Shown: positions 46,569 to 54,968 of the stretch, in pieces
Layout: every line of letters begins with the position of its first letter
Numbering within the stretch: position 1 is the stretch's first letter
Source: an uncultured virus (IMG/VR IMGVR_UViG_2061766007_000234)
Lineage: Duplodnaviria; Heunggongvirae; Uroviricota; Caudoviricetes
Virus record (IMG/VR): IMGVR_UViG_2061766007_000234
DNA length: 64,000 nucleotides
Reading direction: 5' to 3' (one strand)
Notes under the pieces: model-generated
The model's input: only the letters and a program-made list of their open reading frames with translations
Told to the model about the DNA's origin: nothing
The model's database searches: none
Position numbers and translations under genes: made by a program

Positions 46569-46937
46569 ATGGAGAATAAAAAAATTAGATATTTTGACGG
46601 CTTAGACAAACGACACCTAAGAAATGTTATTCGTACTTTAATGAGATACAGAAATGTAGAAATTATTGAAGATTACGCAAATTCAATAGGTGTTACTTAT
46701 ATAAATAAATGGAAGGGAAAGCTTCTTGATTATAAAATAGAATCCTACCCCGATTATGCTCAATGCAAACTAATGCTGCATATAAAAGAAGGACGCATAA
46801 AAAGGGAAATAGAATTTTATATTCCTTATGATTCAGAAATTTATTTTGGTGATGTAACAAAAGGTGAAAAATATATTATAGATTATATCAATAGTGGTCC
46901 ACATTGTTATTATTCATTTAAGAAGGTTATAACATGA
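46569..46937 (+). CDS. hypothetical protein
   Basis: AGGGGG upstream; AT-rich. Confidence 0.65.
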   Translation: MENKKIRYFDGLDKRHLRNVIRTLMRYRNVEIIEDYANSIGVTYINKWKGKLLDYKIESYPDYAQCKLMLHIKEGRIKREIEFYIPYDSEIYFGDVTKGEKYIIDYINSGPHCYYSFKKVIT

Positions 46938-47119
46938 AAGATAAAGAAACACGGGGCGGCAAGCGTGAAGGCGCAGGGCGCAAGCCGAAAGAGGGCGCAA
47001 AAGCTATAACAATTTCTTTCTGCTTGTTGCCGGAACAAAAAGAAAAGCTCGACAAAGCTGTTAAAGATTCCGGCTTGCGCCGTTCAGAGTATCTTGTAAA
47101 GAAACTCGAACTTGAATAG
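46934..47119 (+). CDS. ribbon-helix-helix DNA-binding protein
   Basis: RGGKREGAGRK hook followed by beta strand and two helices (RSEYL). Confidence 0.75.
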   Translation: MKDKETRGGKREGAGRKPKEGAKAITISFCLLPEQKEKLDKAVKDSGLRRSEYLVKKLELE

Positions 47120-47127
47120 GGGGTTTT

Positions 47128-47772
47128 ATGATTACATGGCTTAAAAACAGAATCGAGTTATTAAAGCAGGATAAAAAGCTTGCTCTTATATTGGTGCTGC
47201 ATTTGGTGCTTATCGGTCTGCACATCTACGAATGGCAGGTCGGCGGTATTGAGTATCACTGGTACATTCGTGCCGGAGGCTGTGCTGTCATATCTCTTGG
47301 AATTTTCCTTTTCGGACGAAAGGGATTGTCATACGGACTGGTAATATTTTCTTGCGTACTTGTTTATATCAACCAGTTTTACAATTACGCAACAATCTTT
47401 TTTATGCTTATCGCAATCGGTGCGAATCCGAAGCTCAAAAAGGTTGCGCCGTGGATATATCTGGTCAATATATTCATAGCATACACGCAAAAACGATACG
47501 GCATAACGCCGTTTTTCATTCATATCGTATACTGCATAATGTTCTATACGAAAATCGGCTATGTGTTCGCAATACACAAGCCAGAAACCCTCAACCTTAC
47601 AGAAGACGAAAAGAAAATCTTAGATGAGCTTGCAAAAGGTAAATTGCAGAAAGAAATAGATTTCTTTTCCGAGCAGACAATCTCGGCAAAGCTCAAGCAC
47701 GCAAGGGAAAGAAACATGCTCGAAACTACAGCTGATTTGATAATTAAGTACAAGGAACAATTAGCCAGATAG
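47128..47772 (+). CDS. multi-TM protein with C-terminal LuxR-like HTH
   Basis: About six hydrophobic segments then LTEDEKKIL..LA.G..QKEI...SEQTI...L..AR. Confidence 0.75.
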   Translation: MITWLKNRIELLKQDKKLALILVLHLVLIGLHIYEWQVGGIEYHWYIRAGGCAVISLGIFLFGRKGLSYGLVIFSCVLVYINQFYNYATIFFMLIAIGANPKLKKVAPWIYLVNIFIAYTQKRYGITPFFIHIVYCIMFYTKIGYVFAIHKPETLNLTEDEKKILDELAKGKLQKEIDFFSEQTISAKLKHARERNMLETTADLIIKYKEQLAR

Positions 47773-47853
47773 TTCAAGCAACGGTTCAACCGAATTCAAG
47801 TTGCTATCTAAGCATTGCTGACCAATAATAAAGCCGTAAACAGGGGGTCAGCT

Positions 47854-47955
47854 ATGTTAAGAGATAACGATTTTTTCTATGCAGTTTTGGGCAGAGGTAT
47901 CGGTCTTGCAATCGGTCTTGTTGTAAGCATTATTATCATCATGGTGGGCTGCTGA
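47854..47955 (+). CDS. 33-aa hydrophobic peptide
   Basis: AGGGGG upstream; MLRDNDFFYAVLGRGIGLAIGLVVSIIIIMVGC. Confidence 0.5.
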   Translation: MLRDNDFFYAVLGRGIGLAIGLVVSIIIIMVGC

Positions 47956-47956
47956 A

Positions 47957-48174
47957 ATGATTTACAGCAAGAATCTGACTAACCGCGACTTAATGCAGAA
48001 CGCCATGCCGCTCGTGAGCCTTTCGAGGAAGCAGTGGGGCTTGCTTTTGAAGCACGCCGAAAACATCGAATGTACGGAAGGAAGCAGCGAGCTTTTTAAG
48101 GCAATCGAAACTCTGATTGACAACCAGTCACGGCTAGAAGTTATCGGCGGTTATGTCGCATTTTATAAGGACAC
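47957..48174 (+). CDS. hypothetical protein (runs into N gap)
   Basis: ORF directly after the peptide gene; the part after the gap is the shadow of the minus-strand gene. Confidence 0.45.
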
Positions 48175-48211
48175 NNNNNNNNNNNNNNNNNNNNNNNNAG
48201 GCTGTAAGGCT

Positions 48212-48979
48212 TTAGCGTCCTTTTCTGTACTTGTCGCGGAGCTTCGGCATCAGAGAAGCTTCTTTCTTGTCGTAGACCGCGACTATTGCAGGCTCGTAGC
48301 CGTCGGCGAGAATCTTGAAAATCGACTTTATACAGTCTTTCAGCTTCTTGCCGTCCGCTTCGGGTATCTTGTCGGATATTTTTACGGCTTCCGTTTTGCC
48401 GATGTAGAACCTGTCGCCGTTAATACGAAGGTCTGTTCTTTTTCTGTCATTTTCAATTTTAGGTTTCTGTTTGAAAGATGAATACCAGAACTTGAATTCT
48501 GAGTACGTGTCATTGCAGAGATGGTCGAGCGTCTGTGTTGTGCTGCCGCATAGTTTCTCGGCAAGTTCCGCTCTTGCAAGCTTTTTGTTGTTACCCTCAA
48601 GCTTAAAGCCCCTTTTTTCAAGAGCCTTGTAGTTTTTAATAAAAAATCTAGCTGCTCCGAGCTGTTCAGTTATTTCCCTGTTGTCTATTCCGAGCCGTTC
48701 CCTTGCCTGCCGTGAGTATTCATACCAGTCAAGCCCAGACTGCGAGTAAAGCGATTCGTTATATATAAGCGTGTAAATAAGTATACCGGAAAGAACCCAT
48801 GTTTTAGACGAAAATTTGTTCAGTTCCCTTATGCCGTTTTCTATTTCTTCAAGGCTGTCAGAATAGAACCAGTCCGCAATGTTCATCTGCGCCGATTCGC
48901 CTGCAAGGGCAAGCGCCGTCTGCCTTGCTTCGTTCACTTGGTCTACGGTTGCGTCTATAACCCTTGTCACTCTGCCCAT
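48212..48979 (-). CDS. hypothetical protein coupled to integrase
   Basis: AGGAG inside integrase 3' end; 13-nt overlap; helical. Confidence 0.75.
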   Translation of the reverse strand: MGRVTRVIDATVDQVNEARQTALALAGESAQMNIADWFYSDSLEEIENGIRELNKFSSKTWVLSGILIYTLIYNESLYSQSGLDWYEYSRQARERLGIDNREITEQLGAARFFIKNYKALEKRGFKLEGNNKKLARAELAEKLCGSTTQTLDHLCNDTYSEFKFWYSSFKQKPKIENDRKRTDLRINGDRFYIGKTEAVKISDKIPEADGKKLKDCIKSIFKILADGYEPAIVAVYDKKEASLMPKLRDKYRKGR

Positions 48980-50091
48980 ATTTCAGCTCCTGTTATCTGC
49001 CCAATTAATTTTTTCTGTGCCGCATACACTTCGGGAAACATTTCTGGATTCCAGTAAGTGTAAAGTTCCGTCATATTATTTTTATCGGCATGACCTGCAA
49101 CAGCCTTTATTTTCGGCTGCGGTACGTTCTCGCCCTGTAAGTACGAGATAAAGAAATTGCGCATTGAATGTATTGTTATTCCGCGAGTTTTTCTGTCGAT
49201 TTCGAGCTTGTCGCATATTCTTGAAAATGAGTTGTATACTGCATGAGAAAGCATGGGCTTGTCAGCCGTCACACCCTCAAAAGCCCATTCAGTGCCTGAT
49301 TCTGGAAGAACAAAGCCTTTCAGCGGCACTTTCCTGTTTTCGCCTGTCTTAGTGCTTCCAAGCCCGAACCTGTCAGAATACGTTTTCGTAACGTCTATAT
49401 AGTCATCGTGAAAGTCAGTTTTTTTCAACGCCGAAATCTCCCCGATTCTCATGCCTGTTATTGCCGTAAGTAAAAACATAGCTCTCTGCGATTCCCTTGC
49501 CCATAAGCCGCTGTTATAAATCCTGCTGATTTCTTCAACCGTAAGAAGCTCCCTCTGCTTTTTCTCGACTGCGCGGAACTTTATGCCGGAAAGCGGATTC
49601 CGCTGTATAATTTCTTTGTCTAAGGCAGATTCAAGTATTATGTTAAGAACGCCGTGCGCTCCGTTCACGGTCTTTGCAGACCAGAAGCGGCTTGCCCAAA
49701 GAATCCATTCCTTAATCACGTCACGGCTTATGTCGGCTATCATCTTTTCACGGAAAAATGGCAGAAGCTGATTATTGAGAATCTTGACGTATGACGCTAT
49801 AGTGCTGTCTTTTGGCGGTTTCCCTGTAAGTGACTGATACTCGTAGTACTGACCGTTTTTAGCAAAAAAGTTTTCAGTGAACACGCCGAACTCAATGCTT
49901 TTCTGCTGTATGTCGAAAGCCCCAGAATTGTACATCTGCTGTATCTTGCGCTTAGCCTTAGAAAGAACAGTTTCGCCTGTTGAAAGCGCGTTGGAACGCC
50001 GCCCGTCAGGGTATCTGAACTGATAGTAATAGACAACCCGACCGCTTTGCAGTTTGCGCGGAAATATGATATAAGGCTCGGTCACTCTCAT
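48967..50091 (-). CDS. int: tyrosine integrase
   Basis: Arm-binding N-terminus, TGMRIGE, TKT, HSMR, GH and Y catalytic residues. Confidence 0.95.
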   Translation of the reverse strand: MRVTEPYIIFPRKLQSGRVVYYYQFRYPDGRRSNALSTGETVLSKAKRKIQQMYNSGAFDIQQKSIEFGVFTENFFAKNGQYYEYQSLTGKPPKDSTIASYVKILNNQLLPFFREKMIADISRDVIKEWILWASRFWSAKTVNGAHGVLNIILESALDKEIIQRNPLSGIKFRAVEKKQRELLTVEEISRIYNSGLWARESQRAMFLLTAITGMRIGEISALKKTDFHDDYIDVTKTYSDRFGLGSTKTGENRKVPLKGFVLPESGTEWAFEGVTADKPMLSHAVYNSFSRICDKLEIDRKTRGITIHSMRNFFISYLQGENVPQPKIKAVAGHADKNNMTELYTYWNPEMFPEVYAAQKKLIGQITGAEIWAE

Positions 50092-50105
50092 GCGGAATCC
50101 TGTTT

Positions 50106-50124
50106 TGCTGTCAATCTGCTGTCA
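50106..50124 (+). repeat. integrase arm-type sites (left pair)
   Basis: TGCTGTCA at 50106 and 50117. Confidence 0.6.
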
Positions 50125-50174
50125 CGCTCTTAAAAAAAATCGGCTAATTCGTTATAAAATAAAGAAATAGCCGT

Positions 50175-50200
50175 TGGAGGAGGGGAGAATTGAACTCCTG
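50175..50200 (-). other. attP core: 3' end of a tRNA or tmRNA
   Basis: Minus strand reads CAGGAGTTCAATTCTCCCCTCCTCCA (T arm plus acceptor 3' strand), 84 nt upstream of integrase. Confidence 0.75.
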
Positions 50201-50352
50201 AAAAATAACAGCTGATAACAAACTATAAAAATATTTTCTTAAAACATATTATTATATAATAAAATAATTGTCAAATATTTTATCATGTATATATAGCGGN
50301 NNNNNNNNNNNNNNNNNNNNNNNNNNNNNNNNNNNNNNNNNNNNNNNNNNNN

Positions 50353-50370
50353 CTGTCAAATATGCTGTCA
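50353..50370 (+). repeat. integrase arm-type sites (right pair)
   Basis: CTGTCA at 50353 (clipped by N gap) and TGCTGTCA at 50363. Confidence 0.55.
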
Positions 50371-50475
50371 GATAATCGGCTTCCCTGTTTCCCTGCTTAC
50401 GAACCTTATATCCAAGTCAGCGTCAAGAGCTTCGGCAACCTTTTCAAGCTCCGAAATAATTTTCCCGTGCAAATT
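50368..50475 (-). pseudogene. remnant of small XRE HTH gene related to 3763..3999
   Basis: NLHGKIISELEKVAEALDADLDIRFVSRETGKPII resembles NLYNK...LSEIKRTLDVLDAELQLQIVDKKTGKPF; no upstream start in frame. Confidence 0.6.
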
Positions 50476-50599
50476 AAAAAGGTAATCAATCAGCTGATTA
50501 AACCCGATTCAGCTTAATTAAAGACATTGTATTCCGCTAACCTGTGCAAAATTCGCATTTGCGAACTATTGTTTTTTTTTTTTTTTGTATAGGTTTAAC

Positions 50600-51187
50600 A
50601 TGGAAGCATTAAAGATTAACTGCGAGTGCAAGGATTTTCTTGAACTCGCCGAACTTACCGAGTTTCAGGGCGGTCTGAAACAGCGGAGTCAATCAGATGT
50701 TGATAAAATCGTAAAGTCCATTAAGAAATACGGTTTTTCTTTTCCGTTCTTTGTCTGGAAACACGATGGCATAAACCACTGCCTTGACGGTCATGGGCGG
50801 CTTCTTGCACTTCATAAGCTAGACGAGCTCGGTTTCATTATCCCGTCATTGCCTGTAGTCTATGTGGACTGCAAAGACGAACAGTCTGCAAAAGACCTTC
50901 TTTTAAGGCTCAATTCCCATTACGGTACAATGACGAAAGAAAGCGTTCTTGAATTTATCGGTGACTTTGAAATAGATGTTTCTGATTTGGAACTGCCATT
51001 CGGAGTTATTGATTTTTCTGATACAGAGATAGACCTTGATTTTAAAGATGAAGCAAACAAGATAGATGACATAAAAGACTTTTTCGATTTTACCATTACA
51101 TTTCCAATTATATATAAAGAGCGGCTTGAAAAATATGGTCGAAGAAAAATAGAGCAAGATATTATAAATAAATTGGAGGAAATGTAA
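50600..51187 (+). CDS. ParB/Srx-like N-terminal domain protein
   Basis: SIKKYGFSFPFFVW, LDGHGRLLA, LPVVYV. Confidence 0.85.
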   Translation: MEALKINCECKDFLELAELTEFQGGLKQRSQSDVDKIVKSIKKYGFSFPFFVWKHDGINHCLDGHGRLLALHKLDELGFIIPSLPVVYVDCKDEQSAKDLLLRLNSHYGTMTKESVLEFIGDFEIDVSDLELPFGVIDFSDTEIDLDFKDEANKIDDIKDFFDFTITFPIIYKERLEKYGRRKIEQDIINKLEEM

Positions 51188-52182
51188 TGCCAAGATGTGG
51201 AAGTCAGTGTATTTTATGTGATGTACCAATTAGGTTTGATACATACGTAGGTTGTTCTCATGCCTGTAAATATTGTTTTGTTAATAGAAAAAATGATATT
51301 ACAAAAATAAAGATAGGTGAAAGCCCACAACAATTGTTAGATTTTATAAAAGGCAAAAGAAATCAAGAAACAAAATGGTGTGATTGGAAAATACCTTTGC
51401 ATATTGGTGGTATGTCAGACCCATTTCAACCTTGTGAAAAAATTCATAAAAATACATTAAAATGTTTGAAGGTACTAGCTGAGACAAAATACCCATTTAT
51501 AATAAGCACAAAAAATGTATTGCAGACAACACCAGAGTATCTTGAAGTTCTTAAAGATTGTAATTTTGTATTTCAAGAAAGTATGGTTTGCTCGAAGTTT
51601 GATGATTATGAAAAAGGTGCACCAACATTTGAAGAAAGGCTAAAGGCAATTAAAATTATGGGTTCTGTTGCTAAAAGAACTATAGCAAGGTGTCAGCCGT
51701 GGGTCCCGCAAGTGCAGGGAGATATAATTAAGAATTTGCCAAGATATAAAGAAGCCGGTTTATATGGTGTAATATTTGAGAGTATGAAATACGGACAAAA
51801 AAAGGCAAATACAGTAAAATTCTACGGTGATTATGTTTACCCTAAAGATTATCTTATTCCATATTGGCAACAACTGAAAGAAGTGTGTCATAAAAATGGT
51901 TTAGTGTTTTTATCTGGAGAAAACAGACTTCGTACAATGGGAGATAGCTTAACTTGTTGCGGTTGTGAGGGGTTAGAAGGGTTCGAAGTTAGCACATTTA
52001 ATTTAAACTCTATAAAAGGTAATAGGGAAATAAAAATAACACCGGCAATGAAACAAATCGGTAATGGGAAGGTATTAAAAGCTATAGACCAGACTCAGAA
52101 AATGAGTTTGACTATAAATATACACAGCTATGAAGATTTGGCAAAAAATTATATGTACAAACATTTAGATATTGTTCAATAG
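51187..52182 (+). CDS. radical SAM protein (spore photoproduct lyase-like)
   Basis: CSHACKYC (CxxxCxxC), GGMSDPFQP.E, ISTK, E.GAP...ERL. Confidence 0.9.
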   Translation: MPRCGSQCILCDVPIRFDTYVGCSHACKYCFVNRKNDITKIKIGESPQQLLDFIKGKRNQETKWCDWKIPLHIGGMSDPFQPCEKIHKNTLKCLKVLAETKYPFIISTKNVLQTTPEYLEVLKDCNFVFQESMVCSKFDDYEKGAPTFEERLKAIKIMGSVAKRTIARCQPWVPQVQGDIIKNLPRYKEAGLYGVIFESMKYGQKKANTVKFYGDYVYPKDYLIPYWQQLKEVCHKNGLVFLSGENRLRTMGDSLTCCGCEGLEGFEVSTFNLNSIKGNREIKITPAMKQIGNGKVLKAIDQTQKMSLTINIHSYEDLAKNYMYKHLDIVQ

Positions 52183-52198
52183 CTTTGTAATTAAAATG

Positions 52199-52230
52199 AA
52201 ACCGTACTAATCATTTAGTACGGTTTTTTT
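52199..52230 (+). terminator. intrinsic terminator
   Basis: AACCGTACTAA-TCAT-TTAGTACGGTT plus T tract. Confidence 0.8.
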
Positions 52231-52338
52231 ATTTGCGGTAAAAAAAATAAAAACGTTTATATTTTTTTTGAAAAATGTTTGACAAATGGTGTTAGGCGGT
52301 TGAGATATTTACAAGCATTGATTACAGGAGGAATCAAA

Positions 52339-52485
52339 ATGACAAAGCGGAAAAAGAAAAAACGTAAAAAAAAGCTCTGCTCGGGTTTTAAGCCCTTGCA
52401 GAGCGTTTGGTTTCAGCTTTTGTTGAACGTAGCTGGTGGCTTGATTGGGTCTATGCTTTACAGCTGGTTCAAGAAGCTGAAATAA
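52339..52485 (+). CDS. small basic single-TM peptide
   Basis: TTGACA promoter and AGGAGG upstream; followed by terminator-like CTTGCGG/CCGCAAG. Confidence 0.65.
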   Translation: MTKRKKKKRKKKLCSGFKPLQSVWFQLLLNVAGGLIGSMLYSWFKKLK

Positions 52486-52551
52486 CCTAAAAAAACTTGC
52501 GGCTGACCTAACCGACCGCAAGCTTTTTTATAATACCACAGGAGGCATAAT

Positions 52552-52641
52552 ATGTCAAAAGCTATTCAAAGATTGCTCATCGGCTTTATAATCAGCATTG
52601 CAGCCGGGTTTATATTCTCTTGTGTTTTGTGGGGAATGTGA
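52552..52641 (+). CDS. 29-aa hydrophobic peptide
   Basis: AGGAGG upstream; MSKAIQRLLIGFIISIAAGFIFSCVLWGM. Confidence 0.6.
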   Translation: MSKAIQRLLIGFIISIAAGFIFSCVLWGM

Positions 52642-52643
52642 AC

Positions 52644-52820
52644 ATGGCACGGCACGGCGGTAAAAGGGAAGGTGCAGGCAGACCGAAAACAGACAACGGC
52701 AAGAGCGTCCAGATTGCTTTCAGAGTGACAGAGGAACAGAAACAAATGATACTAGAAAAAGCTGAAAGAGAAGGACTGACATTGAGCCAGTATCTTCTGA
52801 AAGTCGTGCTGTCTGAATAG
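52644..52820 (+). CDS. ribbon-helix-helix (MobC-like) DNA-binding protein
   Basis: HGGKREGAGRPK, IAFRVTEE.K..I..KA...GLTLSQYL. Confidence 0.8.
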   Translation: MARHGGKREGAGRPKTDNGKSVQIAFRVTEEQKQMILEKAEREGLTLSQYLLKVVLSE

Positions 52821-53046
52821 TTATATACGCACCATGATTTGATGATTGTGGTGCGTTTTTTTCTTGTCTGTAAACATAAAAAAACAATTAAAAATACATT
52901 AAAAGACACTGTTTTTAATGCAAAAACTAGCAATAATTGCAAAAATGCGAATTATAGTGTATGATGATAATAGAAAATCTACTATATAAACTATTTTGTT
53001 TACATCTTTGATATTGTTTTTCAATATTGATACCAAAGGGGATTGA

Positions 53047-53394
53047 ATGCCGTTTAAGCCGGGAGTATCTGGAAACCCAAACGGAAGACCTAAAAAGGGT
53101 GATTCTTACACAGAGTACATAGATAAGGCAGTAAAGAAGCTTAAAAGCGTACAGAAAGGAAAGGACGGTTCTGTCATTAATAAATATAAGGGCAAAGCAG
53201 TTCTTGCTATGGCACTGGTAGACCTTGCAACAAATAAGGAATATCCGCCACAGATACGCTTGCAGGCGATAAAAGAAATAATCGAAAGAAATGACGGCAA
53301 AGCTCCGCAGTATGTTGATATGCTGGCACAGGTCAACGGCGAGAATAACAATAGTGTGAATATAACAGTTCACGAAATAGCGGAGCTTAAATAG
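53047..53394 (+). CDS. terS: terminase small subunit (DUF5681-like), module A
   Basis: FKPG.SGNP.GRPK, AIKEI.ER.DGK..Q; directly before TerL. Confidence 0.8.
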   Translation: MPFKPGVSGNPNGRPKKGDSYTEYIDKAVKKLKSVQKGKDGSVINKYKGKAVLAMALVDLATNKEYPPQIRLQAIKEIIERNDGKAPQYVDMLAQVNGENNNSVNITVHEIAELK

Positions 53395-54707
53395 TGAATT
53401 ATGAATTACCGCCTTTTGATGTATTCATGCGTGATTATATAGGGGAAGAAAAAGACCCCGAGCAGAAATACAGACAAGTAATGCTGTCAAAAAAAAGGTA
53501 TATAACGAACAAAGGCGGACGAGGTAGTAAAAAATCTTGCGATACGGCTCTGAAAATCATTTATTTTATGATGTATTATTACTTTATGTATAAAGTAAAG
53601 CCGCATGTCCTTGTTATAAGACGCTATTACAACACACACAGAAACTCGACAAGAGCACAGCTTATATGGGCAATAGAAAAGCTCGGAGCACGTGAATTAT
53701 GGAATATTCCGAAGGGTGAGAATACTTTGACTTTCAAGTATTCCGGTCAGCAGATTCTTTTCCGTGGAATGGACGACCCTCAAAGTATTACATCTATTAC
53801 AGTATCAGACGGCAATTTGTGCTGGGTTTGGATAGAAGAAGCCTTTCAGATAGTAAATGAAGAAGATTTTAATAAAATAGATATGTCAATCCGCGGCAAG
53901 TTACCGCCGGAATTGTTCCACCAGTTCATTCTTACCTTCAATCCGTGGAGCGACAGGCATTGGCTGAAAGCGCGGTTCTTTGACGCCCCGGACGAAAACA
54001 CGCTTGCCATAACAACAAACTACATGATGAACGAGTTTCTTTCTGAATCTGACATACGGCTGTATGAGATTATGAAAGAACGCTACCCCAGACGCTACCG
54101 TATAGAGGGCTTGGGCGAATGGGGAATTGCAGAGGGCTTGATTTTCGAGAACTGGCATGAAGAAGACTTCGACATAGACGAGCTTATAGAGAAGAACAGG
54201 AACAAGCGGACGGCAAGGGGGCAGACGGCTTTCTTCCAGTGCTGCGGCCTCGACTTCGGATACACAGACCCTTCAGCTTATGTTGCCCTTTACGCCGACA
54301 TTAAGGACTATAAGCTTTACGTCTATTACGAGATGTACGAAATACAGATGGAGAACCGCAAGATTGCAAGTAAACTTATTCAAGACGGTTTCGGCGACTG
54401 CATTATTCTTGCCGATTCAGAAGACCCTAGAACAATAAGGGAGCTTTCTTTATTGGGCTTGCACGGCATAAGGGGAGCTAAAAAGGGAAGCGGCAGTGTG
54501 CTCGGCGGAATTCAGAAATTGCAGGATTACGAGATAATAGTACACCCTCGCTGTCAGCACTTCATAGAATCAATATGCAATTACGCATGGAAGAAGGACA
54601 GGGTAACGGATAAAATTCTTCCCGAACCCGAACACGAGTTCTCGCACCTCATGGACGCTATGCGCTATGCTACGGAAAATCTGCAACGCTTCGGAATACA
54701 GGTGTAG
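53394..54707 (+). CDS. terL: terminase large subunit, PBSX family, module A
   Basis: KGGRGSKKS Walker A, WIEEA Walker B, LTFNP, GLDFGY.DP, ADS.DP, H.MDA.RYA. Confidence 0.95.
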   Translation: MNYELPPFDVFMRDYIGEEKDPEQKYRQVMLSKKRYITNKGGRGSKKSCDTALKIIYFMMYYYFMYKVKPHVLVIRRYYNTHRNSTRAQLIWAIEKLGARELWNIPKGENTLTFKYSGQQILFRGMDDPQSITSITVSDGNLCWVWIEEAFQIVNEEDFNKIDMSIRGKLPPELFHQFILTFNPWSDRHWLKARFFDAPDENTLAITTNYMMNEFLSESDIRLYEIMKERYPRRYRIEGLGEWGIAEGLIFENWHEEDFDIDELIEKNRNKRTARGQTAFFQCCGLDFGYTDPSAYVALYADIKDYKLYVYYEMYEIQMENRKIASKLIQDGFGDCIILADSEDPRTIRELSLLGLHGIRGAKKGSGSVLGGIQKLQDYEIIVHPRCQHFIESICNYAWKKDRVTDKILPEPEHEFSHLMDAMRYATENLQRFGIQV

Positions 54708-54710
54708 AAA

Positions 54711-54887
54711 ATGAAAGAAATACTTTGCACAACATGCGCCGCATGGGTGGACTGCGGCAAGAAAGACGGCAAGCCATACGGATTCTGTCTGTGTCAAGAC
54801 TTGTTCACTTATACAGCAGAGACGAAATGCGCCGACTATGTGAACGGCACGGCAATAACGGAAGAAGAGTTTGAAAACGCAAAATAA
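54711..54887 (+). CDS. small Cys-rich protein (58 aa)
   Basis: Translated by hand, MKEILCTTCAAWVDC...; between TerL and portal. Confidence 0.55.
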   Translation: MKEILCTTCAAWVDCGKKDGKPYGFCLCQDLFTYTAETKCADYVNGTAITEEEFENAK

Positions 54888-54905
54888 TTTGCCCGAGCAA
54901 ATTAT
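54884..54905. repeat. palindrome TAATTTGC-N4-GCAAATTA, copy 4
   Basis: ATAATTTGCCCGAGCAAATTAT, upstream of portal promoter. Confidence 0.85.
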
Positions 54906-54924
54906 AGACTTTTGAAAAACACTG

Positions 54925-54963
54925 TGCTATACTTTCATTAGAACCTTTAGGGTCTGTTTAGGT
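54925..54963 (+). promoter_or_regulatory. extended -10 promoter plus late-leader motif (portal)
   Basis: TGCTATACT 54925-54933; AGAACCTTTAGGGTCTG 54940-54956; ACCT can pair with AGGT SD (weak). Confidence 0.65.
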
Positions 54964-54968
54964 AGCGA

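Noticed and set aside
50175..50200. Complete tRNA gene
   Set aside because: Only the T arm and 3' acceptor strand are present; treated as att core
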